From: a virus
Lineage: Duplodnaviria; Caudoviricetes
Reading direction: 5' to 3' (one strand)
Virus record (IMG/VR): IMGVR_UViG_3300028800_000093
Coordinates: 1,370 to 65,369 of that record
DNA length: 64,000 nucleotides
A model generated the notes under the pieces. It was not told the origin of the DNA and did not search any database. It saw only the letters and a program-made list of their open reading frames with translations. The position numbers and the translations under genes are program-made. The stretch's first letter is position 1. Every line of letters starts with the position of its first letter. This document shows, one piece after another, positions 37,394 through 46,829 of the stretch.

Positions 37394-38326
37394 ATGAAAC
37401 AAATCATCTTAGCACTCAGTCTAGTTTTGTTGAGCGGATGCGGGCGAGTAATGGACTCCCGCTTTATGAGCGCACCTGGCGGCGGTAACACGCTGACGGA
37501 AACGCCCGCTACTCCGGCACAATGCCCGAATGGTGGAACAGTTTTGAATGTCAACGGAAACCAATCCATCGTTTGTAACGGTGCTCCTGGAGCCAACGGT
37601 TCCAACGGCAGCAATGGATCGAATGGTGCAGCTGGTCCGCAAGGTCCTGCAGGTGCCACTGGAGCCCAAGGCGCTACAGGAGCCACGGGCGCTACAGGTG
37701 CAACGGGAGCCACTGGTGCTACCGGCGCAGCTGGCCACAACGGTACTAATGGAACGAACGGGACCAATGGAACCAACGGCACCAACGGCACCAATGGAAC
37801 CAATGGAACCAACGGAGCGGGTTATCAGCCTGGTTTGTTGTGTGACGTTTATTCCATCAAACAAGCTGACGAGAATGGTACTGTGAATTGGAATACCCTA
37901 TTATCCGATGGGACTTTCAAATTCTCGACCGTACTTGCAAACTTGAATGTGCCGAACCAAAGCGCAAATGATTTGTTCGCCAGCTTCACCGCAGCGCAGC
38001 AAGCTTTGCTCGGATACACAGACTATGCCCTGGACTGCAGTGGCTACATCAACGTACCTGAGACGGGACTTTACAATCTCGTGCAAGGCAGTGATGATGG
38101 TTCTGAATTGGCAATCGACAACACGATCTTGATCAACATGCCTGACTTGCAACCCTATGCAACTTCGAGCAAGCAGGTTCAATTGTTCGCCGGTCGCCAC
38201 ACCTTCAACGTGCTTTACTTCCAAGGTCCTCAGACCAACATCGGTCTGACTTTGACTTGGCAAGGTCCTGCCAATCAAGGCTTAGGCGCTGCAGTGACTG
38301 TCCCCGCGTCAGCGTTTACCCATTAA
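37394..38326 (+). CDS. lipoprotein with collagen-like repeat and PA14 domain
   Basis: lipobox LSGC; Gly-X-Y run; [11 protein letters not shown]...[10 protein letters not shown]14 motif. Confidence 0.9.
   Translation: MKQIILALSLVLLSGCGRVMDSRFMSAPGGGNTLTETPATPAQCPNGGTVLNVNGNQSIVCNGAPGANGSNGSNGSNGAAGPQGPAGATGAQGATGATGATGATGATGATGAAGHNGTNGTNGTNGTNGTNGTNGTNGTNGAGYQPGLLCDVYSIKQADENGTVNWNTLLSDGTFKFSTVLANLNVPNQSANDLFASFTAAQQALLGYTDYALDCSGYINVPETGLYNLVQGSDDGSELAIDNTILINMPDLQPYATSSKQVQLFAGRHTFNVLYFQGPQTNIGLTLTWQGPANQGLGAAVTVPASAFTH
37575..37822 (+). repeat. 9-bp-period collagen-coding repeat
   Basis: tandem codon units for GSN, GAT and GTN. Confidence 0.85.
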
Positions 38327-38329
38327 ACG

Positions 38330-38359
38330 AAAAAGGCCAGGTTTCCCTGGCCTCTTTTA
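38330..38359. terminator. bidirectional intrinsic terminator
   Basis: AGGCCAGG-TTTC-CCTGGCCT flanked by an A-run and a T-run between convergent genes. Confidence 0.8.
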
Positions 38360-38381
38360 TTCCATATTCTGATTTGAAATA

Positions 38382-38858
38382 TTATGTGCCGTCGTCTAAG
38401 TTGGCGGCTGATGCGGCTTCGTCGTCTCCGCCTTGTGCGATTCCGAACTCGTCCTCGCCCTTGATTCCGATGATGTCAATGCGGATATCCGACACGCCGC
38501 GAGCGGCAACGCCTGAACTCCAACCTTGAACGCGACAACCGGAAGCTTCAAAGATCGTGGTATTTGTCTGGCGGTCGAGCACAGACACGTTGAAATCTTC
38601 TTCAGTCAAAAGATTTTTGAGCAAGGTAGCGTTGGCGACCTTGTACGGACCAGCATTCACAACGCGATAACCGCTCAAGGACAGCTGAACAGCTTCTTGA
38701 GTGGTGGGCGTGATCTCTGCCGGATTGTACCGACCGAGGATGAATTGCGGGTCTTTCCCTTGGCGGATTGACCAAGTGCATTGCGAAAACAAACCGACCA
38801 AGGCTCCGTTAATCAGAATCTTGGCCCGCGCACCTGTTAAAATCTTAGCTTGTGCCAT
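38382..38858 (-). CDS. tail tube protein
   Basis: 158 aa directly after the sheath; LGRYNPAEI and FEASGCRV pattern of large-myovirus tubes. Confidence 0.85.
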   Translation of the reverse strand: MAQAKILTGARAKILINGALVGLFSQCTWSIRQGKDPQFILGRYNPAEITPTTQEAVQLSLSGYRVVNAGPYKVANATLLKNLLTEEDFNVSVLDRQTNTTIFEASGCRVQGWSSGVAARGVSDIRIDIIGIKGEDEFGIAQGGDDEAASAANLDDGT

Positions 38859-38869
38859 GTGTTATGCTC

Positions 38870-41659
38870 CTATTGCGATGCCGATTGAGTTACTTGGCTG
38901 ACAAGCAACGAGATCGGAACGAAGTATATAAGGCCGTTCAGCTTGATCTCTGCTTTCAGAACCATTGCGGGTCCAATGAGATTGGCCGTTGCGTTCTTAT
39001 AGCCCTTCGGCGCATCGGACGAAGCCGAAATCCAGCGCAGGCGCTTGTAGTTGAACATTGAAGCGTCCAAGATACTGAGAGCGCCCTGTGCGGTGATCTC
39101 TGCTGCGGATTTCCCGTCGACTTGGCGGTCGAAGGTGTCGATGAGACTGAGAGTGATAAGATCGGAAACGTAGATCGCTTGCACCGAGTTGTAAACGAAA
39201 TTGTTGTCGACACTGTATGTCGTTTGGTCCGAAACCCAACGGAATCCGCCAGTAGCCACAGGCTGCATGAACAGAAGTCCAGTTTTGAGTGCGTCGATAC
39301 GATCACCAGGAGACGTCGGGTCCCATCCGCTGACTGCGCCAAGGCCGTTGATGTTCGCGAATTTCTTCACGATGCCTTTGTAACCGGCAGCGGCTTGCAT
39401 ACCAGCTGCAACGATTGAGGACATCCACGGTTGGAACAACGTCGGAGCACCGGCAGAGTTGACGCCTTGAACGGGCTGCATCGAAAGTGCAAAGCGGTAG
39501 TTGGCGAGTGAGCCAGCTGCTTCGCGGATCTTCGAGTAAACATCCTGTTTGGAGCCGAAACCTTGACGGTTGTTGCGCATTTCAATCTCAGACATCAAGA
39601 TGACGTGTGAGCTGAGGTACTCATTGATCGCGTCGATGGTGTACGTCGAAGACGAGTCGGTCAAACCGGCTGCGATATCGAGAGTAGCATCTTGCGAGAT
39701 CAAGGTGATCACGAAATTTGTGACGAGGCGTTGGCATGCGTCGATACCGGCCACGAAAGCGGCAGAAGTCGTTCCGTTTTTCGCACCGTTGTGCAAGAAT
39801 TGGAAGGACGGAGTTGCATCGGGCAGACCAGGCATTTCGACAACCCAGTTCACCAGCGTATCAACATTCACGGCAGCTTGCCAGTTCGATGCATCCGATT
39901 TGATACGAGCGTTCATCACGTCCGGCAAAGTCGAAGATGCGTTATAAGTTCCTTCGTCAAGAGTCGAGGGAGCTTGCGAGCTGTAGCGGGCAGAGCCGAG
40001 CGAAGCAGACCAGTTGGTTTGCGAATTGATGTAGGCCACAAGGTCTGACATCGTAACGAATTGCTGATAAGTGCAAGTGAATGCAACAACCGAACCAATT
40101 TTGAATTGGATGCTGGTCGGGCCGACAACTACGCTTGCGCTGTTGCCTTCGTAACCGACTTGGAGAATCACGTTACCGCCGCCTTGATAAGCTTTGGAGT
40201 AGCTGAGACCTTGGAGGATCGTCAACTGCATGATTTCTTCAGAAGCCGAGATGAGTTGCGAGTTCGAGAGACCTTCGTCTTCTCCGGAAGCATTCAAGAA
40301 GATGGTGTGAACATCGCCTTCAAATGCCATCGTTTTACCAGCACCTTGCAAGACAGCTTGCAAAAGTTGGATGGGTTCTGCGCCAGACGCATATGCAACT
40401 GAGCCAGTTCCAGTTCCAGAAGAACCTTCGCTGATGCGAGTTGCGGATACAGTCGTCGAAGTACCTGCGGTAACTTGATAGAAGCCTGCTTGAACTGTGC
40501 TGAATGCAGAGGGTACAGTCAAGATGTCGCCAGCCTGTGGGATCGCGTTAAAGAACGTCGATGCAGGCGTTTGAATCTGGATCTGCGAACCGTTGTTTAA
40601 CAACACATTGTATGTGCCGTAAACGCCTAGCATGAAGTCACGGCTGGTGCCGGTGACGTTCTGGATGTTGATCTCGGAGTAGAGGATAATGTCAGTGTCA
40701 TCTGCGTGGGTTGCGCCGGTAGCAGCTACGAGAGCGCCATTCGTTGCAACAGCCTGCAGAGTCAAAGTAGCCGAGGTAACCGTGTTGGTCACGCCAGTCA
40801 CGATGTAGGTTCCTGCGTTGGCTTGCGCGGTTCCTGCGATAGACGAGTTTTGTGCAGAGCCGTAATCGCCAGAAGCAGGGATAACTGCTACGTCGCCGAT
40901 TACAGGAGCGTTTGCCCAGAGGCTTCCAGCTTGCAATGTGACTTGCAAAGTTTTTGCGCTGAGGACAGCTGCCGTCAAAGTTAAAGCAGTGGTGCTAACC
41001 AATTTCTTATGACCACCGTTCACCAATGTGCCTGCAGCTACGTTTTCCAAAGCGGAAACGAGAGCGTCAGGAGCCATCTTAGCAGTGATCGCGGTAGAGA
41101 GTAATGCTCCACCGTTTTCGCGGATTCCAACTGTCACAGTGCCGGACAATGCCGGAGCGTATGCGAAGAGTCCGGTTTGCGGAGCAACTTCAGGTTGGAA
41201 AACTTCGGATTGATACTGGATCAAGTTGCCAGGAGCGCCAGGTTTCAAAGCTGTAGCGTTGGCATACGTCGGGCCAGTTGCGGGAGTCAAAGCAGCGCCT
41301 TCTGCGCGGATCATCAAAGAGCCGGTTGCAGGCGAGGACATGTTGGTTTTCACGATGCGGATCAAAGACACTGCGCCCAAGATGTTCGGGTCGTTTGCTG
41401 CGTCGATGATTTTGTTCACTGCGTCCACGATGGGTCCAGAGCCGTATTTGGCGAGAACTTTCGTGTACTGATCAGGAGTGTACTGAACAGCGGACAAGTC
41501 TGGTTCGTCGAGGAAGCCAGGACCTTGGTCAGCTTCACCAACGATAGTCACGACGCCAGCGGAAGCAGTTTGTGACACGCCTTGCAAAACGGCGAGTGAC
41601 ACATACGTGCCAGGGTCGATTAGCGTTATGCCATCATCTGTTGTATAAGACTGAGCCAT
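38870..41659 (-). CDS. contractile tail sheath protein
   Basis: PGTY...IVGEADQGP N-terminus, GFRWVSDQTTY C-terminus, large internal insertion domains. Confidence 0.92.
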   Translation of the reverse strand: MAQSYTTDDGITLIDPGTYVSLAVLQGVSQTASAGVVTIVGEADQGPGFLDEPDLSAVQYTPDQYTKVLAKYGSGPIVDAVNKIIDAANDPNILGAVSLIRIVKTNMSSPATGSLMIRAEGAALTPATGPTYANATALKPGAPGNLIQYQSEVFQPEVAPQTGLFAYAPALSGTVTVGIRENGGALLSTAITAKMAPDALVSALENVAAGTLVNGGHKKLVSTTALTLTAAVLSAKTLQVTLQAGSLWANAPVIGDVAVIPASGDYGSAQNSSIAGTAQANAGTYIVTGVTNTVTSATLTLQAVATNGALVAATGATHADDTDIILYSEINIQNVTGTSRDFMLGVYGTYNVLLNNGSQIQIQTPASTFFNAIPQAGDILTVPSAFSTVQAGFYQVTAGTSTTVSATRISEGSSGTGTGSVAYASGAEPIQLLQAVLQGAGKTMAFEGDVHTIFLNASGEDEGLSNSQLISASEEIMQLTILQGLSYSKAYQGGGNVILQVGYEGNSASVVVGPTSIQFKIGSVVAFTCTYQQFVTMSDLVAYINSQTNWSASLGSARYSSQAPSTLDEGTYNASSTLPDVMNARIKSDASNWQAAVNVDTLVNWVVEMPGLPDATPSFQFLHNGAKNGTTSAAFVAGIDACQRLVTNFVITLISQDATLDIAAGLTDSSSTYTIDAINEYLSSHVILMSEIEMRNNRQGFGSKQDVYSKIREAAGSLANYRFALSMQPVQGVNSAGAPTLFQPWMSSIVAAGMQAAAGYKGIVKKFANINGLGAVSGWDPTSPGDRIDALKTGLLFMQPVATGGFRWVSDQTTYSVDNNFVYNSVQAIYVSDLITLSLIDTFDRQVDGKSAAEITAQGALSILDASMFNYKRLRWISASSDAPKGYKNATANLIGPAMVLKAEIKLNGLIYFVPISLLVSQVTQSASQ

Positions 41660-41687
41660 TTAAAATACCTCCGAACTACAAATAAGA

Positions 41688-41951
41688 TTAGGTTCTGAAT
41701 CCAAAGTCGCGAAGTCCATCATTGAACTTTTTGTAGTGCATGAACCCACGAGCTTCAAAATGCTTTTTCACGGCGACTTTGAGAGAGGGTTTGAACTTGT
41801 ACTTACTTTGGGTTTGCAACCACCAACGATCAAAAGAAATCGGAATGTCAGGCGTTTTAGCCGCAACCGGCGCTTGCGCAACAGGAGCGGGTGAGGCGTC
41901 TTCTGAAACAACTACGAATTCTTTGGCTTCTTCTTTTCGCTTTTGGTTCAT
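41688..41951 (-). CDS. small conserved protein upstream of the sheath
   Basis: position; ends FNDGLRDFG. Confidence 0.65.
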   Translation of the reverse strand: MNQKRKEEAKEFVVVSEDASPAPVAQAPVAAKTPDIPISFDRWWLQTQSKYKFKPSLKVAVKKHFEARGFMHYKKFNDGLRDFGFRT

Positions 41952-41952
41952 A

Positions 41953-42807
41953 TTAGCATCCTTGTTTCATGTGTTTGGGCTTCCAAGGCTTAGCCAAGTC
42001 AGCTTTAATTTCTTCTTTCGACATGCGCATGCCAGCCGGTTTCGGCATAGCAGGTTGACCCATGCCAGGAGGCTTCGGGCCTGCACCAGCCGGTTTCGGC
42101 ATAGCGGGCTTTGCCATTCCAGGAGCTTTGGGAGCTGCCGGTGCGCCAGCGGGAGCCGGTGCGCCGAAGGCTTTGGTAAGCTCTTCAAACTTCTTAGGGT
42201 CATCTTTTGCGGCTTTGAGCAAAACTTTCGCTTGATTCAAAATATCTTCAGCTTTCATTGCCGGAGCAGGCGCGGCGGGAGCTGCGGGCTTCTGCGCGGG
42301 AACACCACCGGCAACGCGATTAGCGGGTGAACGCTCTTGTTGCGGGCCGTGGATCGTATGCAAATGGGCGAGCATGGCCTTTTGCTTCTCGGGAGTGTCG
42401 AGGATCTTTAACGCATGATGTAACGATTCATCGCCTTCAGCTACATTGTGAGCTTCAGCGGGCGCGGATTGAGGAGGATGCGGCTTGTCGTCTTTATGCA
42501 TGGGCGCAGCTGCGGCGGGCTTAGTCGCGGGCATTGCGTCTTTTTGCATGTCAGGATGTTCCGACGGTTTCTTTTCAGAACTGATCTCGCCGCCTTGATC
42601 TGCAGCAGGAATATCGCTTTTTTTGATTTTCTTGTCGCGAAGATCGGCTTTGCGCTGATTTTCCATGGTGCGCTTTTCGAGCGCGGTACGCTCAGGAGAA
42701 GCTTTGGGAGCGGCACCTTTGGAAGCCTTTGTAAGTTCCTCAAATTGCTGGGGATTTTCCTTAGCGACTTTGAGAAGGTCTTGGGCCTGTTTCAGTACGT
42801 CTTTCAT
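41953..42807 (-). CDS. low-complexity putative internal head protein
   Basis: Pro/Ala/Lys-rich; duplicated D(V/I)LxQA...FEELTKA unit. Confidence 0.7.
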   Translation of the reverse strand: MKDVLKQAQDLLKVAKENPQQFEELTKASKGAAPKASPERTALEKRTMENQRKADLRDKKIKKSDIPAADQGGEISSEKKPSEHPDMQKDAMPATKPAAAAPMHKDDKPHPPQSAPAEAHNVAEGDESLHHALKILDTPEKQKAMLAHLHTIHGPQQERSPANRVAGGVPAQKPAAPAAPAPAMKAEDILNQAKVLLKAAKDDPKKFEELTKAFGAPAPAGAPAAPKAPGMAKPAMPKPAGAGPKPPGMGQPAMPKPAGMRMSKEEIKADLAKPWKPKHMKQGC

Positions 42808-42852
42808 GTTCACTCTACACCTCTCCACGAGATAGTTTCAATACAGGATAGA

Positions 42853-44679
42853 TTAGGTTCTTGCTTTCAGGAGCCTGCGAAGGCTAAGTGGTTCCGATTT
42901 CTTAGTGTCAACGCCGTGCTTCAAAGCTTCCATGACTTCTTTTTGAATCTGAGGATTGCCCTTGATGTGCTCTTCGAGACCAGGGTACGATTTGTCGTAC
43001 TGACCGTGAATATAGAGACCGACCTTGCGATTGTTCTTATCGGCTGCAGCCAAATCACTTTCCATGGCATCGGCGTATCCAGCTTTCTTCATCGAAGCTT
43101 CATCGGGGAACACGACGGCGTGCGGCTTGCTCGGGTCAATCAAGTGATCGTACTTCGAGCCCATTGACTGAACGACGTTGAAGTTCGGCAGCTTCTCAAG
43201 TTCATTGAGCCGCGAGCGAAGATTCGGGTGATGACTCTTGGTGTACGCATAAAATTTCACGTCAGGGTGAGCCTTCGCGATTTCGGTCCACTTGTCAATG
43301 TACTGAGGCGAATAGAAATCACCAGAGTCGTGAACACGTATTGCCTTGATCGCTTTCGCGCCCTTGGCAGTCTTTGCTTTTTGAATCATGTCGACCATCT
43401 TTGGCACGAAATCTTCTTTCTGTGACGCAAGCCAGTTCGACACGCGGGGAGGCATTGTCGTTTTCCAGAAGCGAAGAAATGAGCCCGTGTCGGCGTAGCA
43501 ATATTTTGCGCACGAGCCAGCACCAGGACATGTTTCGATTGGAACCAGATTGAATGATGCAATGCCGTCTTTCGCTAGCTTGGAATTCGTAGTACTCAGA
43601 GAAACCTTCGTCTTTTCAGGGTCGGCCATGAGCTGACTTTTGACGTCTTGAACGCGTGCCCGTTGATTGGGTCGCTCGGTTTTCGGATTGTACGGTTTCG
43701 GAGCTTCTGCTGCCGGAGCAACTGGAGCTGCTGAAACATTCTTTGCATCATCTTCTGCTTTACCAAATAAATTACCAAATTCTTGAGCGACGTTCGCTAG
43801 GCCGGTTTTTTCAGGCAGACCACCGCTCATAGCTTGTTGAACTTGATGGCCTCTCTCTTGTAACGAAGGTCCGGTCGACGTTGTTTCAGTCGGAGGAATT
43901 GGGACTTGACCACCGTCTTTCTCAAGCTTCTTCTTTGCGGTTGGATGCTCGTCTTTGACCGTGGCATATCCAGGCTTTGCATTCGGGTGAGTTTGGCCAG
44001 GTTCTTCGCCAATACCTAAAAGCTTAAGCGACATGCGCTTGCCTTCCGGTACGTTCTTGCGCCAAACATCTGCGACAAACTTTGCAGCTTGTTCGCGAAG
44101 CGGATGTTCTTGTGGAATGACATTGCCAGCTGCAAAATGCTGCTTCAATTCATGCGGAATTTCGATTCCAGCGATATGGGTCGCAGGTGCCAATTTAGGA
44201 GCTGGTGCTGGCGACACTTGCGCCGCAGCGGGTTTGGCAGATTGGGGATTCACGCCAACTTTCTTGCCGACCAAGAAGCGATTCTTGACCAGGACTTTTC
44301 CGAAGCCAGTTTTGGCGGGAGCTTGAGCCGACGGCGCTAAAACGATGCGACCGTGCGGATTTGACGGCTGATCGCGCAAGCCCGCCGCTGTGCTAGTATG
44401 GGTCTGCGGAGCTGGTTTTGGCTGAACTGGCTTTTTGAATCCACGACGCATTGTGGCAATGTATGAATTTTTTCTCATTTCTTCTTTGGTGTCACCGTAT
44501 AGTTTGGCGTCAGAACCTGATGTAGTGCTATGATCGGCAGACGAAACGGCAGCTTTGCTGCTATCATCGTTGGAAACCGGCGTAGCTCCTTGGGAATCAG
44601 CGGAAGGCTGATCGGCAGAATTATATGCGCCTTCTGCGGTCGTTCCATTGATTTCGGTCATGTCGTCGTGATCGCTCAT
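42853..44679 (-). CDS. disordered N-terminus + GP88-like (Cys-cluster) domain
   Basis: NSKL...TCPGAGSCAKYCYA...IRVHDSGDFY...FYAYTK. Confidence 0.75.
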   Translation of the reverse strand: MSDHDDMTEINGTTAEGAYNSADQPSADSQGATPVSNDDSSKAAVSSADHSTTSGSDAKLYGDTKEEMRKNSYIATMRRGFKKPVQPKPAPQTHTSTAAGLRDQPSNPHGRIVLAPSAQAPAKTGFGKVLVKNRFLVGKKVGVNPQSAKPAAAQVSPAPAPKLAPATHIAGIEIPHELKQHFAAGNVIPQEHPLREQAAKFVADVWRKNVPEGKRMSLKLLGIGEEPGQTHPNAKPGYATVKDEHPTAKKKLEKDGGQVPIPPTETTSTGPSLQERGHQVQQAMSGGLPEKTGLANVAQEFGNLFGKAEDDAKNVSAAPVAPAAEAPKPYNPKTERPNQRARVQDVKSQLMADPEKTKVSLSTTNSKLAKDGIASFNLVPIETCPGAGSCAKYCYADTGSFLRFWKTTMPPRVSNWLASQKEDFVPKMVDMIQKAKTAKGAKAIKAIRVHDSGDFYSPQYIDKWTEIAKAHPDVKFYAYTKSHHPNLRSRLNELEKLPNFNVVQSMGSKYDHLIDPSKPHAVVFPDEASMKKAGYADAMESDLAAADKNNRKVGLYIHGQYDKSYPGLEEHIKGNPQIQKEVMEALKHGVDTKKSEPLSLRRLLKART

Positions 44680-44694
44680 AGTTCAAAGATTAGG

Positions 44695-45834
44695 CTAATA
44701 GGTCCTGATGACCTGATCGCCTGCCTTCAGCTCAGCTGGGTGAAATTTGACGCCGGTAGCCTCGGAAGTAAGGGCTGGGCCAAGCTTGCTGAACTTCTCG
44801 TAATCCTCTTTGTCGATGGGGATATACGGAGTTGAGCCTTTCATGTTCATAATTTTCTTAGGAGCACCGTAAACCAGCAGGATGTGCATCTCTTTGCCGT
44901 CAACGCCCTTTAGCACATGCGGCTTGAAGATCATATCCTTCGCGTCGATTGGCTCGTGAAATTTCTGGCCTTCGATGGTACGCTGGATAGTTTGATGGTC
45001 GATCTGGTTCATGTCGCCAAAATTCTTAACCGTCATCTTGGTGGTCTTACCGTGAAGCGAAACAGGAATTTGTAGAACCATGTTAATCGGCGCTGGCGCG
45101 GGAGCTGGTTGTTCCGACTTTTTTATTTTACCATCCGGTCCAATGAATTTGTTTGCAAATGCGCGACCGGCTTCTGTCATATCGGGTGAACGAGCAAGTT
45201 TCTTACCGGACAACTTCTGGGCGTGAGAGGCCATCGCTGAGCCAATGCCCTTACGCTGATACTTCTGCTTGACTTCAAAATTGAACGGCATAATGCCGTC
45301 TTTCTTGTGAGTGACGGCTAAGAATCCAACTTGTTTACCGCCCATCTGATACCGCACGATAAAGTCGTGCTTCTTAGGATTAAACGCACTTGGCTCAACC
45401 ACAAAAGGCTCGACCTTGATTTTACCGGACGCTTTGGTGATCGGAGCAGGAGGAGTTTTCTTGATCCAGTCGGAAACGATATTGTGCTCGGTCGGTACGT
45501 GAAGATTCTCGTGGGTGTTCGGGTCTAGAAATTTGAACGTGACAAATTCTTTGTCGGGGTCTGCTTTGGCATCAGGCAATTGACCGGCTGGGTGAACACC
45601 GTGAAACAGAATGATATTGTTTTGGCCGTAGGTGCGCTCATGGACTTTTTCGATCTTTACGCCCTTGAGACCAGTTTCTTCTTCGAGTTCGCGAGTTGCT
45701 GATTCGTGATCGGTTTCGCCTGGGTGACAATGACCACCAGCGCATGCCCACTTTTTATTGTCGCGGCGCAGGCCGTGCAAGAATAGGTTCGGCTCAGTCG
45801 GATGTTGAATTGCGATGACGGCTATCTTCTTCAT
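44695..45834 (-). CDS. Nudix hydrolase-GNAT acetyltransferase fusion
   Basis: Nudix box GHCHPGETDHESATRELEEETGL; GNAT motif A YQRKGIG. Confidence 0.85.
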   Translation of the reverse strand: MKKIAVIAIQHPTEPNLFLHGLRRDNKKWACAGGHCHPGETDHESATRELEEETGLKGVKIEKVHERTYGQNNIILFHGVHPAGQLPDAKADPDKEFVTFKFLDPNTHENLHVPTEHNIVSDWIKKTPPAPITKASGKIKVEPFVVEPSAFNPKKHDFIVRYQMGGKQVGFLAVTHKKDGIMPFNFEVKQKYQRKGIGSAMASHAQKLSGKKLARSPDMTEAGRAFANKFIGPDGKIKKSEQPAPAPAPINMVLQIPVSLHGKTTKMTVKNFGDMNQIDHQTIQRTIEGQKFHEPIDAKDMIFKPHVLKGVDGKEMHILLVYGAPKKIMNMKGSTPYIPIDKEDYEKFSKLGPALTSEATGVKFHPAELKAGDQVIRTY

Positions 45835-46829
45835 TCCAGATCGCCCTTGAATTTTTTATTGCGACGTTTGATCTCATCGCCGACCATTTCCCAGCCTTGA
45901 TCTGCGGCTTGCTCTTGATAAGCCTTTGGGGTCTTAGGCCCATCAATGATGAAGATGCCGCCTTTGATGCCTTGTAACTTGGGAGCTGCGTACTTGATAA
46001 AGTCGGCTTGCACTTGGCCCATTAAGCTCATCATGCATGACCATACCATTTCAGTGCCGTTGAAGTGTGGATTCTGTTGAATATCGCCGACGTTGAATGT
46101 CGAGAGTCCAAACCCACGACGCTCAAGGTACGCTTCTTTGTAGCGCAGCATGATGTACTGTCCGATCTGACGAAGCCAAAGGGCTTGATTCAGGTTTGAC
46201 TCAGCGTGCATGCCGATGGCAAAAGTTTCGTCTAGGAATACTAGTTCCTTCTGAAGATTCCAAAGGCTCGTCGGTGGTGCGATGTAACAGTTCGTGAAGT
46301 CGTCTGTTGTACCCGCCAGAATTTGGAACTGGGTAAGACCCACTAACTTGCGAATGATATATGCTTTGCCGCTCTTCTTAGAAACCAAGAATTGGCCGAC
46401 GAACATTTTATTAGTGTTCTCGCCGGTAGGGAGAGTCATTGTTCCATCGACTGAATTATACGCGCTTGGCGTGAAGGTCTGGTAAACCTTTTGAACTTCC
46501 TGCGTGATGCCGCCTGGCGAGATTTCACTCTCCATTGAATCATCAGACAATGAAGCGCGTTCGGTCATTTCGCGGGAGGACAAGCGCACGATAGTGAAGC
46601 ACGGGAAGCGTGGCGTGTCGACTCGATTATTGAGATAGACTTGAATGTCATTGCCCAAGAACCATTCGACTGCAGCAGACGCTTCCTTCTGCCCATAGTC
46701 GGACTTAGAGAGTGGGTCATGCGCGAGACCGTCAAAGATATCCCACAGAATCCAATTGTTCTTGCGAAGGTCCGCAAGTGCGCCTTCGATCATGCTTTTG
46801 ATTAGGATGTCTGTTGCTAGGATTCCCAT
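45831..46829 (-). CDS. neck/tail terminator-like virion protein
   Basis: position upstream of the sheath; PRFPCFTIV motif. Confidence 0.55.
   Translation of the reverse strand: MGILATDILIKSMIEGALADLRKNNWILWDIFDGLAHDPLSKSDYGQKEASAAVEWFLGNDIQVYLNNRVDTPRFPCFTIVRLSSREMTERASLSDDSMESEISPGGITQEVQKVYQTFTPSAYNSVDGTMTLPTGENTNKMFVGQFLVSKKSGKAYIIRKLVGLTQFQILAGTTDDFTNCYIAPPTSLWNLQKELVFLDETFAIGMHAESNLNQALWLRQIGQYIMLRYKEAYLERRGFGLSTFNVGDIQQNPHFNGTEMVWSCMMSLMGQVQADFIKYAAPKLQGIKGGIFIIDGPKTPKAYQEQAADQGWEMVGDEIKRRNKKFKGDLE

Noticed and set aside
37575-37822. CRISPR-like or mini-array repeats
   Set aside because: The period is 9 bp, in frame, with no unique spacers.
37261-37864. antisense ORFs with PLV/PVA repeats
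   Set aside because: These are mirror frames of the collagen-coding repeat.
41740-43167. long plus-strand ORFs (196 and 239 aa)
   Set aside because: Antisense shadows of low-complexity minus-strand genes.
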